Part shown: positions 29,928 through 39,393 of the stretch, piece by piece
Numbering within the stretch: position 1 is the stretch's first letter
How the letters are laid out: every line of letters starts with the position of its first letter
Virus record (IMG/VR): IMGVR_UViG_3300022902_000008
DNA: 64,000 nt
Reading direction: 5' to 3' (one strand)
Source: a virus
The notes under the pieces: generated by a model
Databases searched by the model: none
What the model was told of the DNA's origin: nothing
What the model saw: only the letters and a program-made list of their open reading frames with translations
Position numbers and translations under genes: made by a program

Positions 29928-31293
29928 TAATAAGAATATAATCAGAAGTCCCGCAGACAAAAAGTATAGTTATAGTACAGAAAAACAAGACTTAGACACA
30001 AGTGCTAATCTTAATTTTGAGTTTTTTTGTTCGTCTGACTCAAAGTTGCCAGTCAACTATGAAGTTTTAAGACATGAATATTATAGAGGTTTTATTGAGG
30101 ACTATTTAGGTTCTACTGATTATATTATAGCTAGGATCCCAGAGACAATATTTAGAACCAAACACTTCAAGTTAGACAATAATGTGTTTGGTATATATAA
30201 AAAATATAGCGTTTTTAATGATAAGGTCATAAGTGTTGATAATAATATTCCGGCACCATTATCTTGTTATACTGTTTTTGATAGTAATATCAAGTTGGTT
30301 TTATTAGAAAGTCAAAATTTACTAAATGATAATGATGAGGATGATCGTTATTATGATGATTATAATGATTATTGTGTAGTTGGTGCAATTGATAAAAATG
30401 ACTTTGTTAAGTTTGATAATGAATTAAAGAACTTAAACCTTAAAGTTGAGAAATATAAAAACAGTTCATTTGACCCAATGTACCTTACAGATGAAACTTC
30501 TATTATTAAAAAAGATATAGATTTTTTTACTAACAATAGAAGTTGGTTTGATCAAAAAAATATTCCTTACAAAAGGTCGTATTTATTTTATGGGCCTCCT
30601 GGAAATGGTAAGAGTCTGTTTATTAGTTGTTTGTCCAAGTTTTTATGTACAAAGCCTAAAACATTTGATTTTTCGGCAGCGTTAGACGCACCTGACACAG
30701 AGTTTATTAGGTGGTTGCATGGTAATAGTAATAATAATAGAAGAAGAGATAGTAATGCCCCTGCATCTTTAAATATGTCATCAATAAGCATGGCAAACAA
30801 AGGTGGCACAAATGTTAAGTTGTACATTTTGGAAGACATTGATAGGATGTTTGACAAAGAACAAAAAGTTAATGTTAGCTTAGCCGCACTCCTGAACGGC
30901 CTTGATGGGGCAAATAAAATAAAAAACTCTATTATTGTTGCAACGGCAAATAGGCCAGAGTTACTAGATAAGACTGTGTTGTTAAGGCCAGGAAGGTTTG
31001 ATAGGAGGATTAAATTTGATTGTCCTAGTGAGGAAAATGCATATAAGTTTTTAAAAAACAAGTTTAAAGGTGAGCGGGTTTCTGGTAATATGATTAAAGA
31101 TGTTGTTGGAAGATTGAAGGGTCATAGTTTTTCATTGTTAAATGAAATTTATATTTCTTCAATTGTTTCCACTTTTGACTTGAACAGAAAGAGGGCTACA
31201 GATTCTGATCTTAAAAAGGCTGTTCAAGAACACACTTATTTCTTAAATGAAATAAAAAATGTTAAAAAGGAAAAAACTGGCTTTGGAATTTAA
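29920..31293 (+). CDS. AAA+ ATPase (BCS1/CDC48-like single AAA domain)
   Basis: PYKRSYLFYGPPGNGKS, ILEDID, LLNGLDG, TANRPELLD..LLRPGRFD. Confidence 0.9.
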   Translation: MDNNKNIIRSPADKKYSYSTEKQDLDTSANLNFEFFCSSDSKLPVNYEVLRHEYYRGFIEDYLGSTDYIIARIPETIFRTKHFKLDNNVFGIYKKYSVFNDKVISVDNNIPAPLSCYTVFDSNIKLVLLESQNLLNDNDEDDRYYDDYNDYCVVGAIDKNDFVKFDNELKNLNLKVEKYKNSSFDPMYLTDETSIIKKDIDFFTNNRSWFDQKNIPYKRSYLFYGPPGNGKSLFISCLSKFLCTKPKTFDFSAALDAPDTEFIRWLHGNSNNNRRRDSNAPASLNMSSISMANKGGTNVKLYILEDIDRMFDKEQKVNVSLAALLNGLDGANKIKNSIIVATANRPELLDKTVLLRPGRFDRRIKFDCPSEENAYKFLKNKFKGERVSGNMIKDVVGRLKGHSFSLLNEIYISSIVSTFDLNRKRATDSDLKKAVQEHTYFLNEIKNVKKEKTGFGI

Positions 31294-31317
31294 TTGACTT
31301 AAAATGGAGGTTTTAAA

Positions 31318-31605
31318 ATGACAGAAGAAATTATGGAGATGGTAGAGAAATCAGAGGGCGCAGTGGATCTTGAGGCAGTAAGAGAGTTTATCGAAAGACT
31401 TTTTACATTAGAGCAAGAAGTTATTGGCCTAAGAGAAGATCGCAAGGTTCTTAAGGCTGAATATAAGGAACGCATCCCGATGAAGATGGTAAGTAATATT
31501 ATTAAGATTGTAAAGGCTAAGCTTGCTATTGAGAATGCATCTCTGGAAACAATTGAAGAAGTAGAAGATATTGTTAAAGATAAAATTGGAATGATTATTG
31601 ATTGA
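31318..31605 (+). CDS. GapR/DUF2312-like (T4 DsbA-like) dsDNA-binding protein
   Basis: VREFIERLFTLEQEV..LREDRK.L.AEYK pattern. Confidence 0.65.
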   Translation: MTEEIMEMVEKSEGAVDLEAVREFIERLFTLEQEVIGLREDRKVLKAEYKERIPMKMVSNIIKIVKAKLAIENASLETIEEVEDIVKDKIGMIID

Positions 31606-31625
31606 TTAGGGGGAAGGCTAAATAA

Positions 31626-32285
31626 ATGAATAAGCAATGTTATTGTTGTAACTTAAGTACAACAGGTGAGCATGAAAACTGTTGCCCCATGCATTCTGAT
31701 AATTTGGAGAGTGAAATGTGTGGAAATATAATCTACGGATGGTGTTGTCCTATTTGTAAAAGAGTTTATGGCCCAAATAAGCTACAGTGTCTTGATTGCA
31801 ATATGGAGCCTGAATTAAAAAGGCGACAGGAGGAAGGTGGGGCAGTTGTTCCTAGCTGTTGGTCAACAGACAATGTTGGCTTAGGTGAGACAAAGTGGGA
31901 GTTTTTTTATACTGAGGATGAACATTATAATCTTTGCTCAACAAGTGATATTAACATAAGTCCATTTAATGTTTTTCTAACAAAAGACTATTTGGAGGGG
32001 GCAAAAAAATATACTAAAAGAGCAGTCACAGTTAGGGCAAAACAAATCAAATTAAAAAAAGATAATGCCATTCCAGTTGTTCAAACCTTAGAGGGAACAA
32101 TGAGAGGAAAAGAGGGTGACTATTTAATTGAGGGTATAAAAGGCGAGTTATATATTTGTGATCAAGAAATTTTTAACGAAACATATAGTTCAAGTTCGGA
32201 TGAAAAGAAAGAACTAAATAAGCCAACACGCCCAGGCATCAGAGTAATAAAAGAAAGTAATGATAAACCAATTAAAAACAAGTAG
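31626..32285 (+). CDS. Cys-rich N-terminus plus PGDYG-like domain protein
   Basis: GWCCPICKRVYGP; TLEG.M....GDYLIEGIKGELY.C...IF..TY. Confidence 0.65.
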   Translation: MNKQCYCCNLSTTGEHENCCPMHSDNLESEMCGNIIYGWCCPICKRVYGPNKLQCLDCNMEPELKRRQEEGGAVVPSCWSTDNVGLGETKWEFFYTEDEHYNLCSTSDINISPFNVFLTKDYLEGAKKYTKRAVTVRAKQIKLKKDNAIPVVQTLEGTMRGKEGDYLIEGIKGELYICDQEIFNETYSSSSDEKKELNKPTRPGIRVIKESNDKPIKNK

Positions 32286-32547
32286 GAGAGAAAAAATGAT
32301 TAAGAATTATAAATTTTCAAAAGAAGTAGTTGCAAGATTAATGCTTATTCTACAAGAAGCCATTATGTTAGAACAAGATGCTGGTCAATTGATTGAAAAT
32401 ATCGTTTTGACTGAATCAAATAGAGAACTTGATGATGGTAAGGTTGAATTAACTCTTACAAACAAATATGTCGGTTCATTGTCTGAAGAAACTGCAAAAG
32501 CTGTTGAAGATTTTATCGGAACCAATGTTGATGGAAAAGAAGAATAA
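32260..32547 (+). CDS. Hypothetical protein (start probably 32296)
   Basis: AGGAG RBS before an internal ATG. Confidence 0.6.
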   Translation: MINQLKTSRREKMIKNYKFSKEVVARLMLILQEAIMLEQDAGQLIENIVLTESNRELDDGKVELTLTNKYVGSLSEETAKAVEDFIGTNVDGKEE

Positions 32548-32869
32548 AGAAAATATTCAAGTCGGAGATTTAATTTGGATTAAGAAAGCATATGCTTGGG
32601 CTAACAGTAATTATCAATTTAAGATGTATGATAAAAGACACAAAATAAAAGAATTAGGAGTAATTTATGTTGGGCCAGCAATTGTTGAGGAGTTAGTTTC
32701 AAAAGAAGAAAAGTTACATGATTTTATTGATTGTTATTTAAATAGAACATTGATTAGAGCAAAGCTTCTTAAGGAAATAGAACTTAAGGTCAAGAATTAT
32801 GGTAAGTGGCATGATGTTAAGGATGACATGGTTTTGGTTTCAATAAATGAATGGAGTTATGTGCAATGA
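32531..32869 (+). CDS. SH3/KOW-like paralogue family protein
   Basis: IQVGDLIWIK...YVGPAIV. Confidence 0.7.
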   Translation: MEKKNKENIQVGDLIWIKKAYAWANSNYQFKMYDKRHKIKELGVIYVGPAIVEELVSKEEKLHDFIDCYLNRTLIRAKLLKEIELKVKNYGKWHDVKDDMVLVSINEWSYVQ

Positions 32870-33002
32870 AAAGTTATTTAGCAAAAGATGAGCTATTAGA
32901 ATTAGTCCTAAAATTAATTAAAGATAAAAAAGAACAATTTAAATATAGTATTAATTACAATTACTTGTTCGTTAAAAATAAATATTTTAAATAGTTTCGA
33001 GA

Positions 33003-33425
33003 TTGATGGAGGGTAAAATGGATGGTGACTTGTTAAAAGAACGTAATGTCTTGGAAGAGGCAAATTGCTTGTCAGCAACAAAAGCAATTGAACTTATTAT
33101 TTGTGCCTTAACACAAAAAAACAATAAATTATTTTGTAGAGACTATAAAAATAATAATATATTGTGGTTTGAAAATAATAATGTTTCTATATATGTTCAA
33201 AAGTTTTTTTTGAGTTATTGTATATCTCTAGACAAGCTTGATTGTAAACATAATATAAAAAGAACTATTTTTAATAGATGTTTATTTAAATTTGGAAAAT
33301 ATAGACATTTATTAAGGCAACTTAACCCTATTATCATAAATAAGTCATTAATCAATAATAAAAGGCATGAAATGATTAGAAAAGAGGTTGAAAGAGAGTT
33401 CTTAAATGGGGTTGTTAATAATTAA
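33003..33425 (+). CDS. Hypothetical protein
   Basis: GGAGG RBS before ATG 33018. Confidence 0.55.
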   Translation: MMEGKMDGDLLKERNVLEEANCLSATKAIELIICALTQKNNKLFCRDYKNNNILWFENNNVSIYVQKFFLSYCISLDKLDCKHNIKRTIFNRCLFKFGKYRHLLRQLNPIIINKSLINNKRHEMIRKEVEREFLNGVVNN

Positions 33426-33443
33426 TTAGTGGGAGAAAATAAG

Positions 33444-34244
33444 ATGAATGATGGATCTGTTGATAACATAAGCAAAGAAGTTGAGGAACTTTCAACTATT
33501 TCAAATAATAATAATTGGTCTAGTGTTAGAACTATTAATGAAAATTATGAGCTAATTGAAACAAAATATTCTTTTGGCACAAGAAAATGTTATAAAGCAT
33601 TGAAGCAAAAAACATATGAAGATTTGCAGGCTTCAAGAGGTATTGATGTTGACTCGCCTGAATGGGAATTGGTTGTAAATAATGTAAAAAATGAAATTGT
33701 CAATATAAAAGAGCCAGATTTAGTTCGCATTAATGAGTTGACTGAAATTCAAAACAGATATTCTATTAGCTTTAAAAACAGAATGGCTGAATTAGGTTTT
33801 AGGGTTCCGAAACTTTTAAAACATTATAAAGAAGATAATTATGACATAAAGGGATATGATGTTGTTGATTTAAACATATTGATTGGCAAACATTTAGGTT
33901 ATAATGTTAAAAAATATGATTTTAATTCAGATTGCATAGAAAGTCTTGATGTCGATGATTGTGGGTTAATTGTTTGTTATCACATGTTAGAACACTTAAC
34001 AGATCCTTTAAGGGCAATAAAGAAAATTTATGAATCTATGGGAAATGATTGTTATCTTCATGTTGAAGTGCCAATCGAACAAGGAATTCCAAGGGTTAGG
34101 TATGGACACATGTTTGCATTTGAAGTTCATGATCTTTACCACATGTTAAAAATGTCTGGTTTTGAAGTTTTAAATACGTCAAACAAAACACACACAAACC
34201 CTCCAGGTCCGCATATCGAAAGATATTTAGCAGTAAAAAAATAA
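33444..34244 (+). CDS. Class I SAM-dependent methyltransferase-like protein
   Basis: ELGFR, GYDV, YHMLEHLTDP, HVEVP; leader GGGAGAAAATAAG-ATG shared with the next gene. Confidence 0.75.
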   Translation: MNDGSVDNISKEVEELSTISNNNNWSSVRTINENYELIETKYSFGTRKCYKALKQKTYEDLQASRGIDVDSPEWELVVNNVKNEIVNIKEPDLVRINELTEIQNRYSISFKNRMAELGFRVPKLLKHYKEDNYDIKGYDVVDLNILIGKHLGYNVKKYDFNSDCIESLDVDDCGLIVCYHMLEHLTDPLRAIKKIYESMGNDCYLHVEVPIEQGIPRVRYGHMFAFEVHDLYHMLKMSGFEVLNTSNKTHTNPPGPHIERYLAVKK

Positions 34245-34266
34245 CTAAACAATGGGAGAAAATAAG

Positions 34267-35238
34267 ATGAGCAAAGTTAGTAAAAAACTAGAAAAAGAAT
34301 TAGAATTTAAAGTACCATTGAGAAATAAATTGTTTCTTCCAGTTGTGGAGTTGTTTGACAATCTAAGGAAAGAAGCCGCTGTGGAAATGGCAGAAGAGTT
34401 TGAGAGACAGTTTGAAGAGAGCGAGGGTAAAAGAGAACAAACTGTGTTAGAGCAAAGAATGCAGAGGATTGTTGACTTAACTCAATTAACGCTAGGCGGG
34501 AAAGGAACAAGGTACTCAGGCCCGTTGTCAATTAAACCTTGGGAAGAAACAGAAAATATGGTGTTGTTCCCCAAATCAAATAAAATTTGGAATGGTGCTG
34601 ATGGTAATGAAAGTGGGTTAAATTTTGGGGCAAGCTGTGGTCATTTTTGTTGGTCAGTTGTTAGTAGCTTAGTTTCTGACTCAAATAGATCTTGGCGCAC
34701 AGGCAGACAATCTCAGTTAATCACAGACGTTGTTTCTAAAAAAATCAAAGGTAGAACTATTAATGGGTATGGTAATTATTTTGTTCCTGTTGTTGATAAG
34801 TGGACAAAAGGAAAGTATCTTGGTTCATGGTTGCATGACAATGTTGATAAGCTAGGAAGGATTAATGTTATACATATGTCTCATCATGTTGTATTGTGTT
34901 TGAAGTTTGATGATGAGTTTATGATTTTCGATCCAATTACTGGAGAACCAATGCCAAAAAATACTCCAGTGGAATTTGCAGCAAATGGACATTATATTAA
35001 AAGAGATGGTAAAAAATATTATAGTGGTAAAAAACATACATTTCAACCATATAGCTCAAATAGAACAGTTTCTCAAAGATGGAAGTTATGTAGGTTGGAA
35101 GGGTTAGATGATGATTGTCAGTTTAATTTTGGTTCAGTTAAAAATGCAGTTCTTAAGCCTATTGTTCTTGAAGGTCTAGAACATATTACAGATCGAACTC
35201 CTACTTTAGAAGATGCAAAAGAAGCCGGTCTTTTTTAA
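34267..35238 (+). CDS. Hypothetical protein, possible papain-fold (Cys-His) hydrolase
   Basis: GASCGHF helix followed by HMSHHVVL strand; fold is inference. Confidence 0.45.
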   Translation: MSKVSKKLEKELEFKVPLRNKLFLPVVELFDNLRKEAAVEMAEEFERQFEESEGKREQTVLEQRMQRIVDLTQLTLGGKGTRYSGPLSIKPWEETENMVLFPKSNKIWNGADGNESGLNFGASCGHFCWSVVSSLVSDSNRSWRTGRQSQLITDVVSKKIKGRTINGYGNYFVPVVDKWTKGKYLGSWLHDNVDKLGRINVIHMSHHVVLCLKFDDEFMIFDPITGEPMPKNTPVEFAANGHYIKRDGKKYYSGKKHTFQPYSSNRTVSQRWKLCRLEGLDDDCQFNFGSVKNAVLKPIVLEGLEHITDRTPTLEDAKEAGLF

Positions 35239-35253
35239 AAACCCACCTTTTCA

Positions 35254-35284
35254 GGTTAACAAACCAAGTCAACTATGCTACAAT
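35254..35284 (+). promoter_or_regulatory. GGTTAACA-class promoter (leaderless gene downstream)
   Basis: TTAACA-N17-TACAAT; ATG at 35292. Confidence 0.8.
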
Positions 35285-35291
35285 GCTTCTT

Positions 35292-35504
35292 ATGAAATGG
35301 ATTAAGCCAACAAAAGAACAACTAGAGGGGTTAAAAGCTGGAACAATTATCTGGTTTAAACACATAAAGTATGATAATGAAAGTGTTTTTGTTATAATAG
35401 GAAGAAGTTCCCATCCTTCCCTTGATTATGAGGTCAAAATGTCAGGCGGTGAAATTGGAGACATATTTAAAAAAGAGATCAAATATATATTAAAGGAAGG
35501 TTGA
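35292..35504 (+). CDS. SH3/KOW-like paralogue family protein
   Basis: KAGTIIWFK...KKEIKY. Confidence 0.6.
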   Translation: MKWIKPTKEQLEGLKAGTIIWFKHIKYDNESVFVIIGRSSHPSLDYEVKMSGGEIGDIFKKEIKYILKEG

Positions 35505-35809
35505 TGATGATGTGTGAACCTAAAAAACGGTTTTTTAAAGTTTGGATCAAGGATCTGTCACATAATAAAGTTAGAAAATATAATTGGAGTTTTTGGATTA
35601 AATATCAAGGCTTAGCAATAATGGAAGAGTATAATTATAAAAACGGGTTATTTAAATCATATATCACACTAACCAATACTGTTGATAGACACGACAGCTA
35701 TTCAGGTACAATCAATAAAAATTGTATTCAAAAACTTACAACATCAAATAATATTTTGGAACTTATTCGTGATGGCTGTTTAGATGTTATTGAAGAGTTG
35801 AAAATTTAA
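35501..35809 (+). CDS. SH3/KOW-like paralogue family protein
   Basis: KVWIKD...YQGLAIM. Confidence 0.6.
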   Translation: MMMMCEPKKRFFKVWIKDLSHNKVRKYNWSFWIKYQGLAIMEEYNYKNGLFKSYITLTNTVDRHDSYSGTINKNCIQKLTTSNNILELIRDGCLDVIEELKI

Positions 35810-36041
35810 TTAAACTTCCTTTTAAATCGATTTTCTTCTTTATGCGTAGAAAGGTATATGCTAAGTTAGAAAAGCCTGTAGCGTTTGAATTTGAATTTCT
35901 AGCTAGCTATTTGGGGGCTTATATGCACAATAAAAAAACAACAAAAATATAACAGTGGTTAATGGGAAATATTTGAAAACAACAAACAAGAAGTGAGGTA
36001 AAAATGTCAAAAATTTATTATGTTGATGAGGAATAATTAAT

Positions 36042-36302
36042 ATGGTGAAAACTTTAAAGTGGACTAAAAAGAAAGGTTCATATAAAGAAGGAACATTCTC
36101 ACTTGGAGATATTGTTTGGTCAATTGATAATAAGTTGTATATAATCACATCTAAACTTAGTCATATTAATTGTATGAGCTTTTTGCTAGAAGAAAACTAT
36201 TTTGTTGATAATGTTTATAATAAAAAAAGACGGCCCTTAAAAAACATTACTATAAAATTTGTTAAAAGGGTTAATAAAGACATGTGGGAGGAAATAAAAT
36301 GA
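36042..36302 (+). CDS. SH3/KOW-like paralogue family protein
   Basis: FSLGDIVWS. Confidence 0.55.
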   Translation: MVKTLKWTKKKGSYKEGTFSLGDIVWSIDNKLYIITSKLSHINCMSFLLEENYFVDNVYNKKRRPLKNITIKFVKRVNKDMWEEIK

Positions 36303-36847
36303 ACAAAGAGCAAGTCAAGTTTCCAGATAAAAAATATAATATCATTTATGCTGACCCTCCTTGGAATTATAATGATAAGGCGTCGGCAGGAAAGAGAGGG
36401 GCTTCTTTTAAATATAACACAATGACATTAGGGGAAATTAAAGATCTTCCTGTTAATAATATTTCAGAAGATAATTGTATTCTTTTCTTGTGGGTTACAT
36501 TTCCTCAGTTGCCAAACGCTTTTGAGGTTATGAAAGAGTGGGGCTTTGAGTATAAGACTGTTGCTTTTAATTGGGTCAAAAAGAATAAAAAGTCTGACTC
36601 ATGGTTTTGGGGAATGGGCAACTGGACAAGATCAAACCCTGAAGTTTGTTTATTGGCGACAAGAGGTAAGCCAAAGAGAATCTCAGCAAGTATTCATTCA
36701 GTAATTGACACACCAATTGAAGGACACAGCAAGAAGCCTGATGAAGCAAGAAAAAGGATTGTTGAGTTGTGTGGAGACTTACCAAGAATTGAATTATTTG
36801 CAAGAGATAAAGTTGATGGTTGGGATTGTTGGGGGGATGAAGTTTAA
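36299..36847 (+). CDS. MT-A70-family adenine methyltransferase
   Basis: IYADPPW, LFLWVTFP, WGFEYKT.AF.WVK, GMGNWTRSN.E, HSKKP, RIELFAR, GWDCWGDE. Confidence 0.93.
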   Translation: MNKEQVKFPDKKYNIIYADPPWNYNDKASAGKRGASFKYNTMTLGEIKDLPVNNISEDNCILFLWVTFPQLPNAFEVMKEWGFEYKTVAFNWVKKNKKSDSWFWGMGNWTRSNPEVCLLATRGKPKRISASIHSVIDTPIEGHSKKPDEARKRIVELCGDLPRIELFARDKVDGWDCWGDEV

Positions 36848-36866
36848 AAAAATAACACATAAAGAT

Positions 36867-36897
36867 GGTTAACAAATGGGGTTCTTTGTGTTATGAT
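36867..36897 (+). promoter_or_regulatory. GGTTAACA-class promoter (leaderless gene downstream)
   Basis: TTAACA-N17-TATGAT; ATG at 36904. Confidence 0.8.
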
Positions 36898-36903
36898 ACT
36901 CAT

Positions 36904-37173
36904 ATGACAGAATATAAAAGATATTATAGAATTGAAGATATTAGAAGGGGAGATATCGTTTGGTTAAGCATTAAGGAGTTTAACAACTCTATTAAGGATA
37001 GCTATTATGGTCTTGCAATAATTGATGCAAGGGAAGGGAGTTGGTCAAAACATGACTATAGCGTATATTTAAGTCAACAATATCTTGGCAATATCAACAT
37101 TGCAATAGGAAAAGAAGAGATTAAGTTTGCTTGGAAGGAGGGCAGATGGGTTTCAATTATGTTCCAAAAGTAG
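36904..37173 (+). CDS. SH3/KOW-like paralogue family protein
   Basis: RRGDIVWLS...YYGLAII. Confidence 0.7.
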   Translation: MTEYKRYYRIEDIRRGDIVWLSIKEFNNSIKDSYYGLAIIDAREGSWSKHDYSVYLSQQYLGNINIAIGKEEIKFAWKEGRWVSIMFQK

Positions 37174-37364
37174 GGGAAACTGTTTGGGTTGAGCTTGGGG
37201 GCAAACATAATTATGTTGGTCCAGCATATTGTTATTATGTTAAAAAAGGCTCAGTTCGAACAATAATTTGGCTTAAATGGTCTAAAGGTGAAAATGTATT
37301 TGTTTCGGATAGGACAGATAGAGATAATAATATTATTAAACTTGAAAAAATAGAAGATGTATAG
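37131..37364 (+). CDS. SH3/KOW-like paralogue family protein
   Basis: PKVGETVWVE..YVGPA. Confidence 0.7.
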   Translation: MEGGQMGFNYVPKVGETVWVELGGKHNYVGPAYCYYVKKGSVRTIIWLKWSKGENVFVSDRTDRDNNIIKLEKIEDV

Positions 37365-37608
37365 ATCTGAAAAAATATGGATTAAAAAAAGCTTTAAAGC
37401 TGATAATATAGAATATTATTATATTGGTCCAGCATTGATGGAACAAAAGAGCAGTACAGCCATTATATTGTTTCCAAATAAAATATTTATGAAAAACAAT
37501 GCTAGTGGGTTATTTTTTAAGTCAGAAATTCCTGCTACAAAATATTTCCATTCAAACACAGTGAGAAGGTTGATTAGGTCTAACATAATAGAAAAACTGG
37601 AGGAATAA
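37357..37608 (+). CDS. SH3/KOW-like paralogue family protein (KIWI subfamily)
   Basis: KIWIKK...YIGPALM...FPNK. Confidence 0.7.
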   Translation: MYRSEKIWIKKSFKADNIEYYYIGPALMEQKSSTAIILFPNKIFMKNNASGLFFKSEIPATKYFHSNTVRRLIRSNIIEKLEE

Positions 37609-37610
37609 AA

Positions 37611-38081
37611 ATGAAAGAAGAACTAGAAAAAAAGTTATATGAAAAATATCCTAAGATTTTTGCACAAAAAGATTTATCTCCACAAGAAACTTGTATGTGT
37701 TGGGGGTTGCCTGGGGATGGGTGGTATGATTTAATTGATTGTTTGTGCGGTGTTGTTCAAAATATAGTTAATAATGCTGAGAGAACTAATAAGGTTGTTG
37801 ATGATTGTATTGCAAAGGGTGAAAAGCCACCATATGAAAAGGTCCATATTCCTTATGTGGAAGCTGGACAAGTTAAAGAAAAGTTTGGAACGTTGCGTTT
37901 TTATATTGATGGTGGAAATGATGTGATCAACGGTGCAATTTGGATGGCAGAAAATATGTCAGCTTATATTTGTGAGAATTGTGGTGACTCAGGAAAACTT
38001 CGTGGTCGGGGTTGGGTAAAAACATTATGTGATGGTTGTGCAAAAGAAAGTGACTCTAATGAGGGAAAGAAGGATGATTGA
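37611..38081 (+). CDS. Conserved phage protein with C-terminal Zn finger
   Basis: KYPKIF, GDGWYDLI, QVKEKFGTLRFY, CENCG...LCDGC. Confidence 0.75.
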   Translation: MKEELEKKLYEKYPKIFAQKDLSPQETCMCWGLPGDGWYDLIDCLCGVVQNIVNNAERTNKVVDDCIAKGEKPPYEKVHIPYVEAGQVKEKFGTLRFYIDGGNDVINGAIWMAENMSAYICENCGDSGKLRGRGWVKTLCDGCAKESDSNEGKKDD

Positions 38082-38280
38082 GGGAGTTTTATCGCTAGTT
38101 GTTGGGTTTGTTTTAATTGGCATTGGGTTTTTTGTTGGGACAAATGTTAAAATGTTCAAAGAGATTAATTTTGTTCAAAAATATTTGCCAGGAAAAGATG
38201 CTGAAGAGTATCTTGAACTATATGATAAAATGATAGCTAATTACAAAAAAGATATAATTGAAAATGCAAGTAAAAAATAA
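38074..38280 (+). CDS. Small membrane protein
   Basis: One N-terminal hydrophobic helix (VLSLVVGFVLIGIGFFVG). Confidence 0.55.
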   Translation: MIEGVLSLVVGFVLIGIGFFVGTNVKMFKEINFVQKYLPGKDAEEYLELYDKMIANYKKDIIENASKK

Positions 38281-38518
38281 TTATGCTTCTGGAGATCTTG
38301 TATGGGTTAAGATTCCAAATATGGAAGATTTTCTTCCACATTATCATATTGTTTCTAATCATGGTGGGTATGTTGGGCTTGCTATAATCAGCTATAAGAT
38401 TGGGATAGGAAAAGAAAATCCTATAAAATATAATTACGCTTGCAAGCTGCCAGTGAAATTTGAGTCTTTTTATGGTTTTAATGTTAGGGATGAATGGATC
38501 ATTAGAAAGGTAAAATGA
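38258..38518 (+). CDS. SH3/KOW-like paralogue family protein
   Basis: SGDLVWVKIP...GGYVGLAII...DEWIIRK. Confidence 0.75.
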   Translation: MKMQVKNNYASGDLVWVKIPNMEDFLPHYHIVSNHGGYVGLAIISYKIGIGKENPIKYNYACKLPVKFESFYGFNVRDEWIIRKVK

Positions 38519-38754
38519 GCAAATATAAAATAGGTGATGTTGTTTGGGTTGATGGAAAGTTTTCAAATTGGGAATATAAATTGATCGGGCCAGTTGTTAT
38601 TATGGGAGATGAAGTTGATATTATGTCAGGGCTTTATCGTTCTGATGCGGATTATATTGTTAATAGAGTTAATTATCATTTTGAACTTCTGGGATCAATA
38701 GTGAGATCTACAATCAGAGAAGAGTGGATTAAATATAGGGTTAAAAATGCTTAA
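38515..38754 (+). CDS. SH3/KOW-like paralogue family protein
   Basis: KYKIGDVVWVD...IGPVVI...EEWIK. Confidence 0.75.
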   Translation: MSKYKIGDVVWVDGKFSNWEYKLIGPVVIMGDEVDIMSGLYRSDADYIVNRVNYHFELLGSIVRSTIREEWIKYRVKNA

Positions 38755-39082
38755 AAATTTAAGAGATATTAAAAAGGGTGATATAGTTTGGGTTAATAAT
38801 TTAGAATATACTCCGTCGTGGATGCCTTCAAAATTAAAACTTTATAAACATAACTATGTTGGCTTTGGCATTGTTAGCTATAATCATTCAAGTAATTTTT
38901 CTATATTATTAAATGTTTCACATATGGATGTAGATATTTTTTCTATTAATAAAAATAAAACAAAAAAATGGCTTGGAAAAAACACTAGTGTTACTATATT
39001 TGAACGTAAAGAGATTTGTTCAATTAGAAAGAATAAACACACTGCAAAATATGTTACAATAATAGGAAATATTAATGATTAG
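38747..39082 (+). CDS. SH3/KOW-like paralogue family protein
   Basis: KKGDIVWVN...YVGFGIV. Confidence 0.75.
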   Translation: MLKNLRDIKKGDIVWVNNLEYTPSWMPSKLKLYKHNYVGFGIVSYNHSSNFSILLNVSHMDVDIFSINKNKTKKWLGKNTSVTIFERKEICSIRKNKHTAKYVTIIGNIND

Positions 39083-39392
39083 CTTAAACATTAATAAAGG
39101 AGACTTGTTATGGTTTAACAATGTTGAAATGCATGGTAATTTAGTTGAAGGAAATAAATATATACAAATTATTAAATATGTTGGGCCAGGGATTGTTAAG
39201 GAGGTTTTTGCATATAATAATTGTTTCAAAGTTAAGCCATTAAATAATGTAGGGGTAGGGGAGATAATATATAAAATTATTGATGGAGAGGGGTTGGTGT
39301 ATGATCAACATAACACTAAAGGCGAGCGTTATTGTTTTCTTGTAGACAAGCGACAAGTTAAAAATCTAAATCAGATGATAAAAAGGATATAA
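39075..39392 (+). CDS. SH3/KOW-like paralogue family protein
   Basis: KGDLLWFN...YVGPGIV. Confidence 0.75.
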   Translation: MISLNINKGDLLWFNNVEMHGNLVEGNKYIQIIKYVGPGIVKEVFAYNNCFKVKPLNNVGVGEIIYKIIDGEGLVYDQHNTKGERYCFLVDKRQVKNLNQMIKRI

Positions 39393-39393
39393 A

